From Macrostomum hystrix (taxonomy: Eukaryota > Animalia > Platyhelminthes), in assembly GCA_950097015.1 (NCBI GenBank), contig CATNEN010000041.1, positions 992,001 through 1,056,000 of the forward strand: 64,000 nt of DNA, read 5' to 3'. A program made the position numbers and the translations under genes. Under the pieces are notes generated by a model. It was not told where the DNA came from, searched no databases, and saw nothing but the letters and a program-made list of their open reading frames with translations. Positions 43,903 through 56,755 of this stretch are shown piece after piece. The stretch's first letter is position 1; each line of letters begins with the position of its first letter.

Positions 43903-46900
43903 GCTGGGTGCTGGGATTTTCTTCCTTATCTGTTAGGATGCAGTTGAAGATATACAAGAAATGTAATGAAATGTCTTTTTTGTAACAGCCATTTACTTTT
44001 TCAACTAAAGGTCATAAATCTGGAAGGACAGAATGAAACTATTTGTAATTATATGGTTTACTAACAGTATAAACAACCTGTGGTTTCAAGTAGTTAACAG
44101 GAAATAATGTTAATGGCACAAACACATTTTTATCTAGCTTATAATGTGCACACTTTAGTCTTAGGAATACGCAAGTGTTTTTCCAACAAAAATATGTTAT
44201 AAATATTGATTATGAATATGACATAATTCTAGTTTCTGACACAGATTCAATAATACCAAACTCTAATTTGTATTAAAAAATAAACAAATGACTTTTGATT
44301 TAGCAAGTATAGTTTTGTACTGACTCAATACAATCAGCAATTTTTTTAAATTATAAATCTTAAACAGAACTGATATATGTATTGTTTTGTCCAATTTATC
44401 ATTCCTCTATATCCTCCATTCTATATATGGTTTCAAATATCAAAATGTAGTTGAAATAATGATACTGTTGAATTACTGAATGCCTTCTATATTTTCTGAA
44501 TGATTTAGAAAATTTTCGATGAGCTCAAATGGTTCGATATTGTGATAGTACTTAAAACTCTATTAGTCCAAAGCAAAAAATGAAAATGTAAAAAAACAAA
44601 TTATGTTCACTCATTGTAGTTGTACGTTGCTATAATCAACTATTCAAGAATAATGAATACAACTTCATATGATTTACTCTTTTCTTCATTTTTAATTATT
44701 TCTTAAAACTGATTACTTTCACTTTGCATGCAACTATTACAAAATCACTCAAAAGAAGAAAGTACCCAGTCCCCCTCAGACTGATAAATTTTCAAATCGA
44801 TTTACAAATACCTTGATCTTTAGATCCTAAACGTCTGTCAGACAGGGGTGTAACACAGAAGTAAATGTATTAAAAAGGAAGCTTTTTATTGTGTTATCAA
44901 AAATAAAGTTATCTCAGTGTAAAAATTTGTTCATTGTGTATTTCTTTTAAAGTAATGGGAAGTTTATGAAACTTGCTGTCGTAACAGAAAGTCAAAATGT
45001 TGGAATGTTTTCATGAGAGACGATTACGACGAAACAGATAAACAAATCTAATAAAATAAAACCATTAAAGACTGGCCAAAAATCCGAAAAAGTTATAAAC
45101 ACATAGAACCTTATTTACGTTTTTTTTCTTTTCAAATAAAGAAATTTTATGTGGCTGCAATTACTAAAGGGTGAGTACGCATATCATAAATAATAAATGA
45201 GTGACCTCTAAATTACTTTTAGGGGGTCCAAAATGATATTTTAACTTCGCATTTAAGCTTTGCGCGATATAGACAAACTATTTCGGAATTAAGTTCAATC
45301 GACAATACCACAAAGGTGTTCGTACATACTCGTCTTTTATGCTCGTGGAAGGGGCGATATTTATTCTTTGAAAAATTGTTGTGCAACAACGTGTAAGCTG
45401 TCAAGATAGAAAACGAGTGTCTTAGTGCACGCTTCAGAGCCAGTGCGCAAACGAAGGCCACACCGTCTGCAGAGTTGGAGGCCAGCGTTAGGCAGCAGGC
45501 AGTCAACGAGGCGCCGAATTCGGGTCATAAATGACCATGACAATACTAAAACATTTTCCCCAAGATTTTTTGCAATCTTATCAGTCGCAAACGATTAAAA
45601 ATCGAAGAGATTGTGTAGACAAATCTCGATCAGAAATATCAGAATACGGACCTTAATGATAGCCACTTTTAGAATCAAACAGATCAATCTGTCGATTGTG
45701 CAGTCGGCATTGCATTCAGCACGCACAGCGATGGCATGTGCAGACATTTATAATGTAATTTATTGGGATGTGATTGATATATCAAAACAAATAGTCCATA
45801 AATGTATAGTGCTTCTAAAGCCTGCAAAAAAGTAATATGATAAAATAACTTTCATTTGACATGTTTCTTATGGCGCTATAACTTTTTATGGTTTGTTAGT
45901 TTCGATTCAAAGCAAATAACTTAAATTAGAAAATTTCTATGATATTCACTTAAAATCGTAGACGTAAAGTACGTATTTGCGACAGATCGCAGTTTTAACT
46001 CTTTTAGCAACCATCCATTTTCTGTCATTTGGTAGGCGATAAGCTAACTGATGCACAGTTTTCATTTTCAAGTTATTTATTAGTATATTATTCAAAAGTA
46101 AATTACCATTCTTACAATATTTCACTCCTATTGTTTACTTCTAGTGTTCAGTTGGAATAGATTAAAAAAACTCAGTGCGAAAATTGTGCTCTCCTCTCAT
46201 TCCTACATATTTTATATAATACACTAAAAGCTTTAAATGAAACTTGAGCCTTTATCTGTCCAATATGAAATTAGTCTCAATATATGAAATAGAAATAGTA
46301 AAACCCATAGACTATAAAATCATAAACTTGTTTTTCATACTTTTGAGAAGAGTTTTTGGTTAGAAATAGTACAATTTGTCATGTGATTGTACTAGTATTT
46401 ATATATAATTCTATAATTGTGTTATTAAAATATTGTTCATTAATGAAAAAAGTATAGGTAATGTTATAATGTATTCTACTATTGACTGTATTTGAGGCAG
46501 TGGCAAATGAAAAAGAGAAATAAATAGTTTTTAATGTTTAGCATAGAAACTTTCCTTTTCCCATTCATTCTGAATAATTAAGACTAAATATTCATTTTTC
46601 AGAGCTTTTGACAGTTATTGTTATTAATGCAATCAAACCTTCACAAAACTTGTGAAGTTTGTCACAAAACCTCAGATATTTTCGTGTAGCTAGTAGTAAG
46701 ATAAGTGGTAGAATGTTTAAGATTAGACAAACAAATGCAGTTTTCTATTTTTAGCTAAATGTGCAACAGTTTCTGATCCACTGGCATTAAGGGCTGTCTT
46801 GATAAATAGGATCGGCACTATGAGCTGAGACTGAAGATGATCTGTGAGCATGTGCTAAATAATGTTATTATGTATGTCTTGGTCCATAATATTCATTCAG

Positions 46901-46932
46901 GTTCTGAACCAATTCTGAATTTCCACTTCCAG

Positions 46933-48058
46933 GCGTCGTTACCCGCTTTCGAGTTTGAGGTGTGCGTGGACAGCCTGGAGGGCGCGATGGCAGCTGAGTC
47001 TGGTGGCGCGGATCGCATTGAGCTGTGCTCAGCGCTGAGCCAGGGCGGCCTCACGCCATCGCACGGCCTATTCGAGTCAGTGAAGCGGGCGGTGCGCATC
47101 CCAGTGTTCCCCATGCTGCGACCCCGCCCAGGCCACTTTGTGTACTCGGCGGCTGAGCTGGCCGTGACTGGTGCTGACGCTGCCTACTTTGCCAGCGCCG
47201 GAGCTGAAGGCCTGGTCTTCGGCGCACTCACCCTGGACGGCCGGGTGGATGTGGCCGCCTGCCAGGCTGTCTGCGGTTCGTTAATTTGCAGCTTGTTCAG
47301 CTTAGAGCACTCGGGGAGGGTGTAAATCAGTGCCAGGTTTGCCATTGGCCTTTCTACACAGCAGGAGCCTGCTCTGTCACTTGTTGTGCAACTTACGTCC
47401 TCAGAGTACCAATCCCCAAGGCACAGCGAGAGCGTACACAGGGTAGATTTACGCACCAGTGTGTGCTTGAGCTCGTGTCGAGTATCGAGTGCGTGTGTAC
47501 AGGGGATTATCATTACTGACTCGAAAAAATACACTAGGAAGTGGGAAATCATCAAATCACAGATCCCAAATCTTGCACAGAAAATCCCCGCCGCGCGCAG
47601 CCAGCGCCCCCGGCCTCGCTTTCACCTTCCACCGGGCGGTGGACGTGTCCTGCGACCCGCTGGAGGCCGCCGCGGACATTCGAGACTGCCTGCCGCCGGC
47701 TTTCACCCGCCTGCTGTCCAGCGGCGGCGCCAAATCCGCGCTAGCCGGGGCCGACCGCCTGCGGGAGATGCGGCGCCTCCTCCACGGCAGCCGACTTCGT
47801 CTCATGGTCGGCGCTGGCGTCACCGCCGCCAACTTGCCCGACCTCCTGCGCGTCACTGGCGTCGATTCCTTTCACGCGTCGGCCAGTGCGCCGGGCCCCG
47901 CGCTGCCCGACGGCGCCTTTCTGCACCCCAGCATCGGCTTCGGGTCCAGCGGCCTGCCCGAAGACGACTGGCGGCTGCTGCGGGTCACCGATCCACGCGC
48001 TGTGGCCGAAATGCGGACAGCCGCTGAGCAGTTTTTCCAGAATCGGCTGGAAGCATGA
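46933..48058 (+). CDS. CUTC: Copper homeostasis protein CutC (start codon/first exon unresolved)
   Basis: Exons 46933-47275 and 47601-48058 join as [24 protein letters not shown]. Motifs [45 protein letters not shown]. Possible ATG at 46837. AATAAA at 48726-48731. Confidence 0.9.
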
Positions 48059-48089
48059 AAATGAGAGTTTTAACTCCTTTATTCATTCT

Positions 48090-48420
48090 TGATTCAGCAG
48101 ATTCCTGATTCAGCAGATTCCCGATTTAGCAGATTCCCGATTTAGCAGATTCCCGATTTAGCAGATTCCCGATTTAGCAGATTCCCAATTTAGCAGATTC
48201 CCAATTTAGCAGATTCCCGATTCTGCAGATTCCAGATTCTTCAGATTCAGCAGTTTCCAGATTCAGCAGATTCCTGATTCAGCAGATTCCCGATTCAGCA
48301 GATTCCCGATTCAACAGATTCTCGATTCAGCAGATTCTTGATTCAATGGATTCCTGATACAGCAGATTCCTGATTCAGCAGATTCCTGTCCTGAATCAGC
48401 AGTTTCCTGTCCTTATTCAG
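48090..48420. repeat. 16-bp minisatellite (AGCAGATTCCCGATTT) in the CUTC 3' region
   Basis: Tandem copies begin ~35 nt after the stop codon. Confidence 0.92.
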
Positions 48421-48859
48421 CAGATTTCTGATATTGCGGAATCTAAATCTAAATCTTAATCTAAATCTTGATTGTTCATCATATTCTCGTTTCTAGAAAA
48501 ATGTCCTAGAAACGAACAAAAATGTGCATGTAAAGCTTCAGGTATTGCCTAGTTACTGTTATTTTATTACTCAATGCGGAAATTTGTAATAACAGACATA
48601 ATGTACTCGTATAAATAGTCTACATGCAGTGGTGAATAGAAATTACTTGTACTCGGTGCAGATTACTCTACTTATTATTGTTAAGCTTTTCAGAAAGTAC
48701 TGCCATTTTCTCCGATTTCAAGCCAAATAAATACCAACTAGTTAGGCTCGTAGGATGCGCGCGCCAACACGTGTGCTGAGTTTTAATGTTCACTTGATAC
48801 TACGAGCGTATAATCACTGTTTGCAAGCGGAAATGGAAAAATGGACATACGTAAAAAAG

Positions 48860-49415
48860 ACATTATCCGTATCTGTTAGATCTGTTAGACAGGATCTGTA
48901 TCTGTTAGACAGGATTCGCATGATCCGTATATGTTAGACATTATCGTTATCTGTAAGACATTATCCGTATCTGTAAGACATTATCCGTATCTGTTAGACA
49001 TTATCCGCATCTGTTAGACATGATTCGCATCTGTTAGACATTGTCCGTATCTGTCAGAAATTATCCGTTTCTGTTAGATCTGTTAGACAGGATCTGTATC
49101 TGTTAGACAGGATTCGCATCTGTTAGACAGGATCCGTATCTGTTAGACAGGATTCGCATCTGTTAGACATTATCCGTATCTTTTAGACAGGATTCGCATC
49201 TGTTAGACAGGATTCGCATCTGTTAGACATTATCCGTATCTTTTAGACAGGATTCGCATCTGTTAGACATTATCCGTATCTGTTAGACAGGATCCGTATC
49301 TGTTAGACAGGATTCGAATCTGCTGGACAGGACTCGCATATTTTATTTAGCAGTCGTATCTGTTAGTTATTATCCGTATCTGTTAGACAGGATTTGCATC
49401 TGTTAGACAGGACTC
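48860..49415. repeat. 20-bp minisatellite (ATCTGTTAGACAGGATTCGC / ATCTGTTAGACATTATCCGT)
   Basis: Two interleaved variants read directly. Confidence 0.92.
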
Positions 49416-49994
49416 ATGTCTGCTCAACATGCTGCATCGTTGTTATTCCCACCCAGCATCACTGCATGCAATGCAACCGCAAAGAAATGCAAATAGGATC
49501 AAGGCTGAGCAGTCAATTGAGCTGACAAGTCTCTGGTTCGATTTTCTCCCTGAAAACACGAGCTCTGCGTCGCCAGCGCAAGGCCGCCGAGGCCACGGCA
49601 ATCAAGTGTGTATTACAAACATAAGTAACACAAAATCATGGAAAGGAAAGCTTTGGCAGGAAAAGAAAGTTTGTAAAACAAATCAGAGCCACTTTTCCTG
49701 CTGAAATGATTTCATTGTTCTCAAATTTACCAATTCACCGTAGAAACAGTTTGTCAAGCAAATTTAGATTTTATCAATCAAGCTCCCAGCTGAGCAAACT
49801 TGCCAGAGAGGCAAAAATACAAAATCTGCTTGCAATGTCAAGCGGTTATGATTCTATAACAGCTTTCGGGACATCGGAATGGATTGTTCTTTAGCTTCGA
49901 TATCAAGACTTTCGGAAAAGTGAATAGTCGAAATAGGAAAAAATCGTTATGCGGAATTTTGGATTTAAATATTCCGGATCGGGAAAATCGGGAT

Positions 49995-50425
49995 GAATAT
50001 CTGGGATCTGGAAAAGTGGGATCTGAGTATCTGGGATCTGGAAAAGTGGGATGAGTATCTGCGATCTGGAAAAGTGGGATCTGAGTATCTGGGATCTGGA
50101 AAAGTGGAATCTGAGTATCTGGGATCTGGAAAAGTGGGATAAGTATTTGGGATCTGGAAAAGTGGGATCTGAGTATCTGCGATCTGGAAAAGTGGGATCT
50201 GAGTATCTGCGATCTGGAAAAGTGGGATCTGAGTATCTGGGATCTGGAAAAGTGGGATAAGTATTTGGGATCTGGAAAAGTGGGATGAGTATTTGGGATC
50301 TGGAAAAGTGGGATGAGTATTTGGGATCTGGAAAAGTGGAATCGAGTATCTGGGATCTGGAAAAGTGGAATCGAGTATCTGGGATCTGGAAAAGTGGAAT
50401 CTGAGTATCTGGGATCTGGAAAATT
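49995..50425. repeat. 28-30-bp minisatellite (ATCTGGGATCTGGAAAAGTGGGATCTGAGT)
   Basis: Tandem copies read directly. Confidence 0.93.
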
Positions 50426-51029
50426 GGCATTTGAATATTCAGGATAAAAAACTGGTATGCCAATATTCGGGACCTGAACATTAGGATTTAAAATATCCGG
50501 GATCTGGAAAACTAGGATTTCGGTTTTTCGGGTCATTGTAAGTTGAAATCTACAGTAATAAAATGAAGCAGTATACCTATATCATACTTCTAGAAGTAAG
50601 GCTGCCAGAAAAGAATGGAAATTATTTTCAACAATAGCAACTGTGGACGAACTGATATTTAGCTTATCAAAATACTAAACAAAGAAAAGAACAGACAGGC
50701 CGTGTGGGAACCGTGACAAATACAAAAGCAGATTAGCACACAAAGCAGCATGCCGGAAGGTCAAAACATATTTTATTCCCAACCAAAGCTATTCAATTAT
50801 CGTGCATAATCAGCAGCAGGGTTTAGAAAATGAGGTTGGTACCTTGGCAACAGCTGCAGGACTGCTTTAGAAAATAAACTAACACTGTTAGCACTAGCAA
50901 CGAAAGATGCGGCTGAGTTTTGTGGCTTTTAACGTACTGAGCATTGTACAGCTACTCACAAGTCGTTCGCGGTAATTTCACATGTAGATCGTAGTCTCCC
51001 ACGATATTTTTGCGTTTATAACCTTCCGT

Positions 51030-51860
51030 GGTCATTCAGTAGGCTGGTCATATTATTAACGGTCATTCAGTGGGCTGGTCATATTATTAACAGTCATTCA
51101 GTAGGCTGGTCATATTATTAACGGTCATTCAGTCGGCAGGTCATTATCTAAACGGTCATTCAGTGTGCTGGTCATAATCTGAACGGTCATTCAGTGTGCT
51201 GGTCATAATCTGAACGGTCATTCAGTCGGCAGGTCATAATCTGAACGGTCATTCAGTCGGCAGGTCATTATCTGAACGGTCATTCAGTCGGTAGGTCATT
51301 ATCTGAACGGTCATTCAGTCGGCAGGTCATTATCTGAACGGTCATTCAGTCGGCAGGTCATTATCTGAACGGTCATTCAGTGGGCAGGTCATTGTCTGAA
51401 CGGTCATTCAGTGGGCAGGTCATTGTCTGAACGGTCATTCAGTGGGCAGGTCATTATCTGAACGGTCATTCAGTGGGCAGGTCATTGTCTGAACGGTCAT
51501 TCAGTGGGCAGGTAATTATCTGAACGGTCATTCAGTGGGCAGGTCATTGTCTGAACGGTCATTCAGTGGGCAGGTCATTGTCTGAACGGTCATTCAGTGG
51601 GCAGGTAATTATCTGAACGGTCATTCAGTGGGCAGGTAATTATCTGAACGGTTATTTAGTGGGCAGGTCATTATCTGAACAGTCATTCAGTGGGCAGGTC
51701 ATTATCTGAACGGTTATTTAGTGGGCAGGTCATTATCTGAACAGTCATTCAGTGGGCAGGTAATTATCTGAACGGTTATTTAGTGGGCAGGTCATTATCT
51801 GAACAGTCATTCAGTGGGCAGGTCATTATCTGAACGGTTATTTAGTGGGCAGGTCATTAC
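51030..51860. repeat. 31-bp minisatellite (GGTCATTCAGTGGGCAGGTCATTATCTGAAC)
   Basis: About 26 copies with a gradient of variants. Confidence 0.95.
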
Positions 51861-52514
51861 GAGTCATAAAGCGGCCTAAATCGCCAGCAAGATGGTGGGA
51901 TTGGAAATGCAGAAACGTGAAAGCGAGCTATAACAAACTTATACATGTACAGTTGCGAGGAAAATATACTAATATCTTAAATAAACAATTTGATTTAAAT
52001 GAAGCATTCACAGTAACTGGGCATGTGAAAGCATTCACAAGTAGAAATACAAATATCACTAGATGTCTAACAACCAATAAAATGGCTAATTGACACGGAA
52101 GCGGTCAGACATGGAACTCAGATTAGCACTGCTCAGCGCAATACTCCCGTATAGAATTATTCCTAGATTATACATAGGGCACAATGTTACAGTCGCAGTT
52201 AGCACGGAAAGGAATTTCAAATGACAAAACAATGGAGTTCGAAATCTCAGAAAATCGGTTTGCTATAAAATATTTGATACAATGCATATGCAAGTAGCAC
52301 TACTGAAAGTAGCCACCAACTAAAGAAAACTATTATTTTTTTATTCAACAAACAAATACAAACGCGCTATTCAGAAGGAAAATAATTGCGAGAGATGCAC
52401 AGCACGGTTATTGGAGAGGCGACTCTGACTTATAACTTATACTTATAAACATGATCAGCACAGATAGAGAAGCTTAACAAATGAAAATAATGCTCATTTA
52501 ATCTGGGAGAACAA

Positions 52515-55500
52515 CTACTGCCTCTTCTGCTGATGAAATCTGCTGCCGTCTCCGGCGCCGCTGCCACCTCCTCGATGATGGCCGCTCAGGGGCTGCTGGC
52601 CCCGACTATAAAGAGCCTGCCTGGCATGCTGCGGCAGCTGCTGCCTGTGGGATCCGTTGCGGCCGGACGTTGGCAGCGACTTCCTTGCCGTGTGGCCGCG
52701 AACAAAGCTGGACGCGGAGGTGACGGTGCCGGCCGCTGACACCGGGTGATCGCTGGAGCTGCGATGAAATCCGACCCCAGCGGCTGCGGCCGCGGCGGCG
52801 GCTGCGGCAGCCCAAGCAGTGGAGGACGAGGCCGATGAAGACGTAGCCGAGCGCCAGGAGTCCGTGGGAGACTGGGCCGGGTCCGAGGTCGACGCGGTTC
52901 GCTGCACAATCTGGGCGAATGTCGGGCGTCGCTCTGGCTCCAGCGCCGGGTGGCTGCAGCCGGGGTACAGCAGGTGCTGCTGCAGCGGCTGGCCGAAGCG
53001 GCCTTTTAGGGATAGGCAGGACAGCGACTCCACCGTGGCGGTGATGGATGGCGAGGCGGATGCCTCGAGGACAAGGCCGCTGACGGCATCCTCGTGGTAG
53101 TAGCCGCCGTTGGTGGCGTCCGGTGTGGCCGCAGCGGCTCGACAGTCGGCCAAGCTGAGCTGCAGCAGCTGCTCGATCACTGTCCAGTCGCGGGACCAGA
53201 GGCCGGGCAGGGCCAGGCTGAGGTGGCTGGGCTCGGCCACCAGGCGGGGCCGGAAGGCGATGCGGAGGCCGGCGGGACCGGCTGCCGGGGTCGGCGACGC
53301 CAACCAGTCGGGCATGACGAAGGTGCAGCCTGAGCCGTCGGGCGTCGGGGCAGGCAGGAGGCGGGCGGACACGATGGAGTCGCCGAATCGTAGTTGGACG
53401 GATTCCACCAGCTCGTGAGGCCCTGGGAGGCCGGGGCCGGCGGCGGAGTCGCGAACTACGGCGGCATCGACCAGGAGCTTCCGCGGACCGGGCAGGACGC
53501 GGCCGGGTCGCAGCAGGCGGTGAACGGTCAGGGTGAGAGCCACTGACAGGCTGTGGCGCTGCTGCTGCTGATGCGCCTGTGGCAAGGTGGGACAGTCCAC
53601 CCTGAGCGAGCACAGCGAGTTGTCCGCAATGGTGCCCAGCTTAGGAAAATGTCTGGGCGAGTGTTGGTTGTGTTGGGAAATTAAGGCTTATTATAAAAAA
53701 CTTCCTTCATTAATATTCCCGAACTTCGGAATACTACGGATTTGAAAATTTCGGTTCCAGAAAACCAAATCAGCAAAAACGCTTTCTGAAAAAAATGAGC
53801 TAAAATGCCATATTAAAAGATAATGAATCCATAGATCCCACCCAGCTGAAATCCATAGATCCCACCCAGCTGAAATCCATAGATCCCACCCAGCTGAAAT
53901 CCATAGATCCCACCCAGCTGAAATCCATAGATCCCACCCAGCTGAAATCCATAGATCCCACCCAGCTGAAATCCATAGATCCCACCCAGCTGAAATCCAT
54001 AGATCCCAAACAACTGAAATCCCTAGATCCCACCCAGCTGAAATCCATAGATCCCACCCAGCTGAAATCCCTAGATCCCACCCAGCTGAAATCCCTAGAT
54101 CCCACCCAGCTGAAATCCATAGATCCCACCCAGCTGCAATCCATAGATCCCACCCAGCTGAAATCCATAGATCCCACCCAGCTGAAATCCATAGATCCCA
54201 CCCAGTTGAAATCCATAGATCCCACCCAGCTGAAATCTATAGATCCCAAACAACTGAAATCCCTAGAACCCACCCAGCTGAAATCTATAGATCCCAAACA
54301 ACTGAAATCCCTAGAACCCACCCAGCTGCAATCCATAGATCCCACCCAGCTGCAATCCATAGATCCCACCCAGCTGAAATCCCTAGATCCCAAACAGCTG
54401 AAATCCCTTGATCCCAAACAACTGAAATCCCTAGATCCCAAACAACTGAAATCCCTAGATCCCAAACAGCTGAAATCCATAGATCCCACCCAGCTGAAAT
54501 CCCTAGATCCCAAACAGCTGAAATCCCTAGATCACAAACAACTGAAATCCCTAGATCCCAAACAACTGAAATCCCTAAATCCTGAGCAACTAAATTCTGA
54601 AAAAAACCAAAATGAAAAATCGCCGCACCTGTCGGCGTGGCTGATCCTGCGCAGTCGCTCCCCGGCCTCCAGAAGGTCTTTCCTGTGCCCGTAGGACTTC
54701 ACTCCCATGGCCAGCAGGTCCGGCCCGGTAAGCGACATGAAGGCAGCGCCGTCGACGCCGCGCTCGAGCATCACCCGGCCGTACTGGGCGAGGTCGCCGC
54801 CGCCGCTACCGCCCAGCCGGCCAGTCAGCCAGTGGCAGAGGTCGGCAGCTCGCCAGGCCGTCGGATCCACGGCGTTGAGCCGCAGCAGCCGCAAGTTTCC
54901 GGCCAGCTCGCTGCGCCGAACACCGTCAAGGAGGCGCCGCTGGGCGCGCAGAGCCGCCTCCGTGTGGCGCATGCGCGCCAGGGCGGCGTCCAGCCAACCG
55001 CGCCAGGCTTCGCGCTGCCGACTGAAGGCGTCCAGCGCCGCCCTCGTCTCCGGGTCGGTCAGCTTGTCCAGCTGGTGGACAATGCTCTTGAATGTTGGCC
55101 GCCTGGCCGGGTCCTCGAACCAGCACTGCTCCAGCAGCAGCGACAGGCCGGCCGGGCACTGGGAGGGCACCGGAAGGCGTTCGCCCCGCTCCACGACGGA
55201 GTACACAATCTGTAGACAGGGTAGCGGGTGCATTGGCTGGAGCTCACCGTTATAATCTCACCAATATATCAAGTACTAGATAAGATATTAAATCTCATAG
55301 TGGGCGAACAGAATCTCACCATTAGATTGGTAGATTATATACAGAATCTCACCACTAGATTGGTAGATTAGATACTGAATCTCACCACTAGATTGGTAGA
55401 TTAGATACAGAATCTCACCACTATATTGATAGATTAGATTCTGAATCTGATTGAAAAGTCTCACCCTCCGATCTCACCTGAAGCGGCTGCAGGCCTCGGA

Positions 55501-56755
55501 ACGGCACCTGCCTAGTCAGCAGCTCCCACAGCACCACGCCGTAGGACCAGGCGTCGCACGGCTTGCCGGCAGGCCGGTCGCCGCGCAGCATCTCCACAGC
55601 CATCCAGGCCGGAGTCCCGGCCAGGGTAACGCCGGAGCTGCCGAGGACAACGCGAGCAGCGCCGAAGTCGCAGATTTTGCACACAGAATGATCAGCGGAT
55701 AGTACCACATTCTTTGACTTCAGATCTCTGCGGACAGTGCGACAAAATTCAGTGAGCGTTCAGGCCCTTCAAACTGAATAAAGTATGACTTCAGATACAG
55801 GAATCATCTGAACTACATGCACAGACTGTGACTACATGGAATAGTTCGTGACGATACATTTGTTGAAGCCATGTAAAACGCAAAAGCCAAAAAAGGCTGG
55901 GCGGGAAAATGTTGATTCAAGATAGGGAGACTGGCCTCACCCGGGGCAGCTCATTGCCTTGGACACAGCAGGTAGGCTTATCTATTTGAGCGAGCTAGCT
56001 CATTGCTCCGACTCCTCATATATGCTGATTAATAAACTACACAGGCAACGGTGTCAGTTAACCTTTGAGGATCTGGGAAGGTACGGTACGAATCTGAGGA
56101 TCTGGGAAGGTACGGTACGAATCTGAGGATCTGGGAAGGTACGGTACGAATCTGAGGATAATGGAAGGTACGGTACGAATCTGAGGATAATGGAAGGTAC
56201 GGTACGAATCTGAGGATAATGGAAGGTACGGTACGAATCTGAGGATAATGGAAGGTACGGTACGAATCTGAGGATCTGAGACGGTGACGCTAAGAATTCT
56301 TACCTGAGGATCTGGCAAGATAACAGTATAAATACGACCGCAGCACACTTAACCCCTCACGTCCCTTACCTATGCACAATGGGCTGGGGCGCCTCATCGT
56401 GGAGGTAGCGAACACCGCAGGCGATCTGCTTGGCCCAGTCTAGCAGTCGCTCGGGCCCCAGATCCCGCCCGCCGTCGTGCAGATAATCGTACAGGGAGCC
56501 GCCCTCGGCTAGCTCGGACACGATGCACTGGTTGGGCCGCTGCACCACAGCGCCCAGCAGCTGAATGATGTTCCTGTGCCGCACCTGGTTCAGCATGGAA
56601 GCCTCTGACAAGTCCAGGTCCAGCAGCTTCTTGGCCGCTACCTGGCGACCGCCCTCACTTTTCCACGTGGCCCGATAGACGCTGCCCTTCGAGCCGGTGC
56701 CAAGGAGTTCATGAAACTGCAGGTCTGCATGCTGAATCTGGCGAATGCCATGCAT
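52515..56755 (-). CDS. MAP3K20: ZAK-alpha-like MAP3K (kinase, coiled coil, SAM, putative YEATS-like domain, low-complexity tail), 4 exons, ~767 aa
   Basis: Exons 56755-56370, 55727-55478, 55209-54629, 53601-52515 (2304 nt, in phase). Kinase motifs LQFHELLGTGSKGSVYRATW, VAAKK, HRDLKSKN, KICDFG, CDAWSYGVVLWELLT; SAM WRAADLCHWL..VDGAAFMSLTGPDLLAMGVKSYGHRKDLL. Minus-strand AATAAA at 52340-52345. Start assumed at 56755. Confidence 0.85.
53825..54580. repeat. 24-bp minisatellite (ATCCATAGATCCCACCCAGCTGAA) in ZAK intron 3
   Basis: About 31 copies read directly. Confidence 0.95.
55310..55440. repeat. 33-bp repeat (4 copies) in ZAK intron 2, each with GGTGAGAT on the gene strand
   Basis: GAATCTCACC at 55311, 55344, 55377, 55410. 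Confidence 0.88.
56080..56280. repeat. 29-bp minisatellite (GAGGATCTGGGAAGGTACGGTACGAATCT) in ZAK intron 1
   Basis: About 7 copies read directly. Confidence 0.92.

Noticed and set aside
43930-46800. AT-rich region searched for genes or RNA genes
   Set aside because: No convincing ORF, tRNA cloverleaf or rRNA/snRNA similarity recognisable by eye.
49838-50536. FQIPDTQIPL / HFSRSQILRS ORFs
   Set aside because: Translations of the 28-30-bp satellite.
50830-50905. Partial X-box-like sites GGTACCTTGGCAAC and GTTAGCACTAGCAAC
   Set aside because: Imperfect matches with no gene start nearby.
53800-54694. SMDFSWVG / KSIDPTQL ORFs
   Set aside because: 24-bp satellite inside ZAK intron 3.
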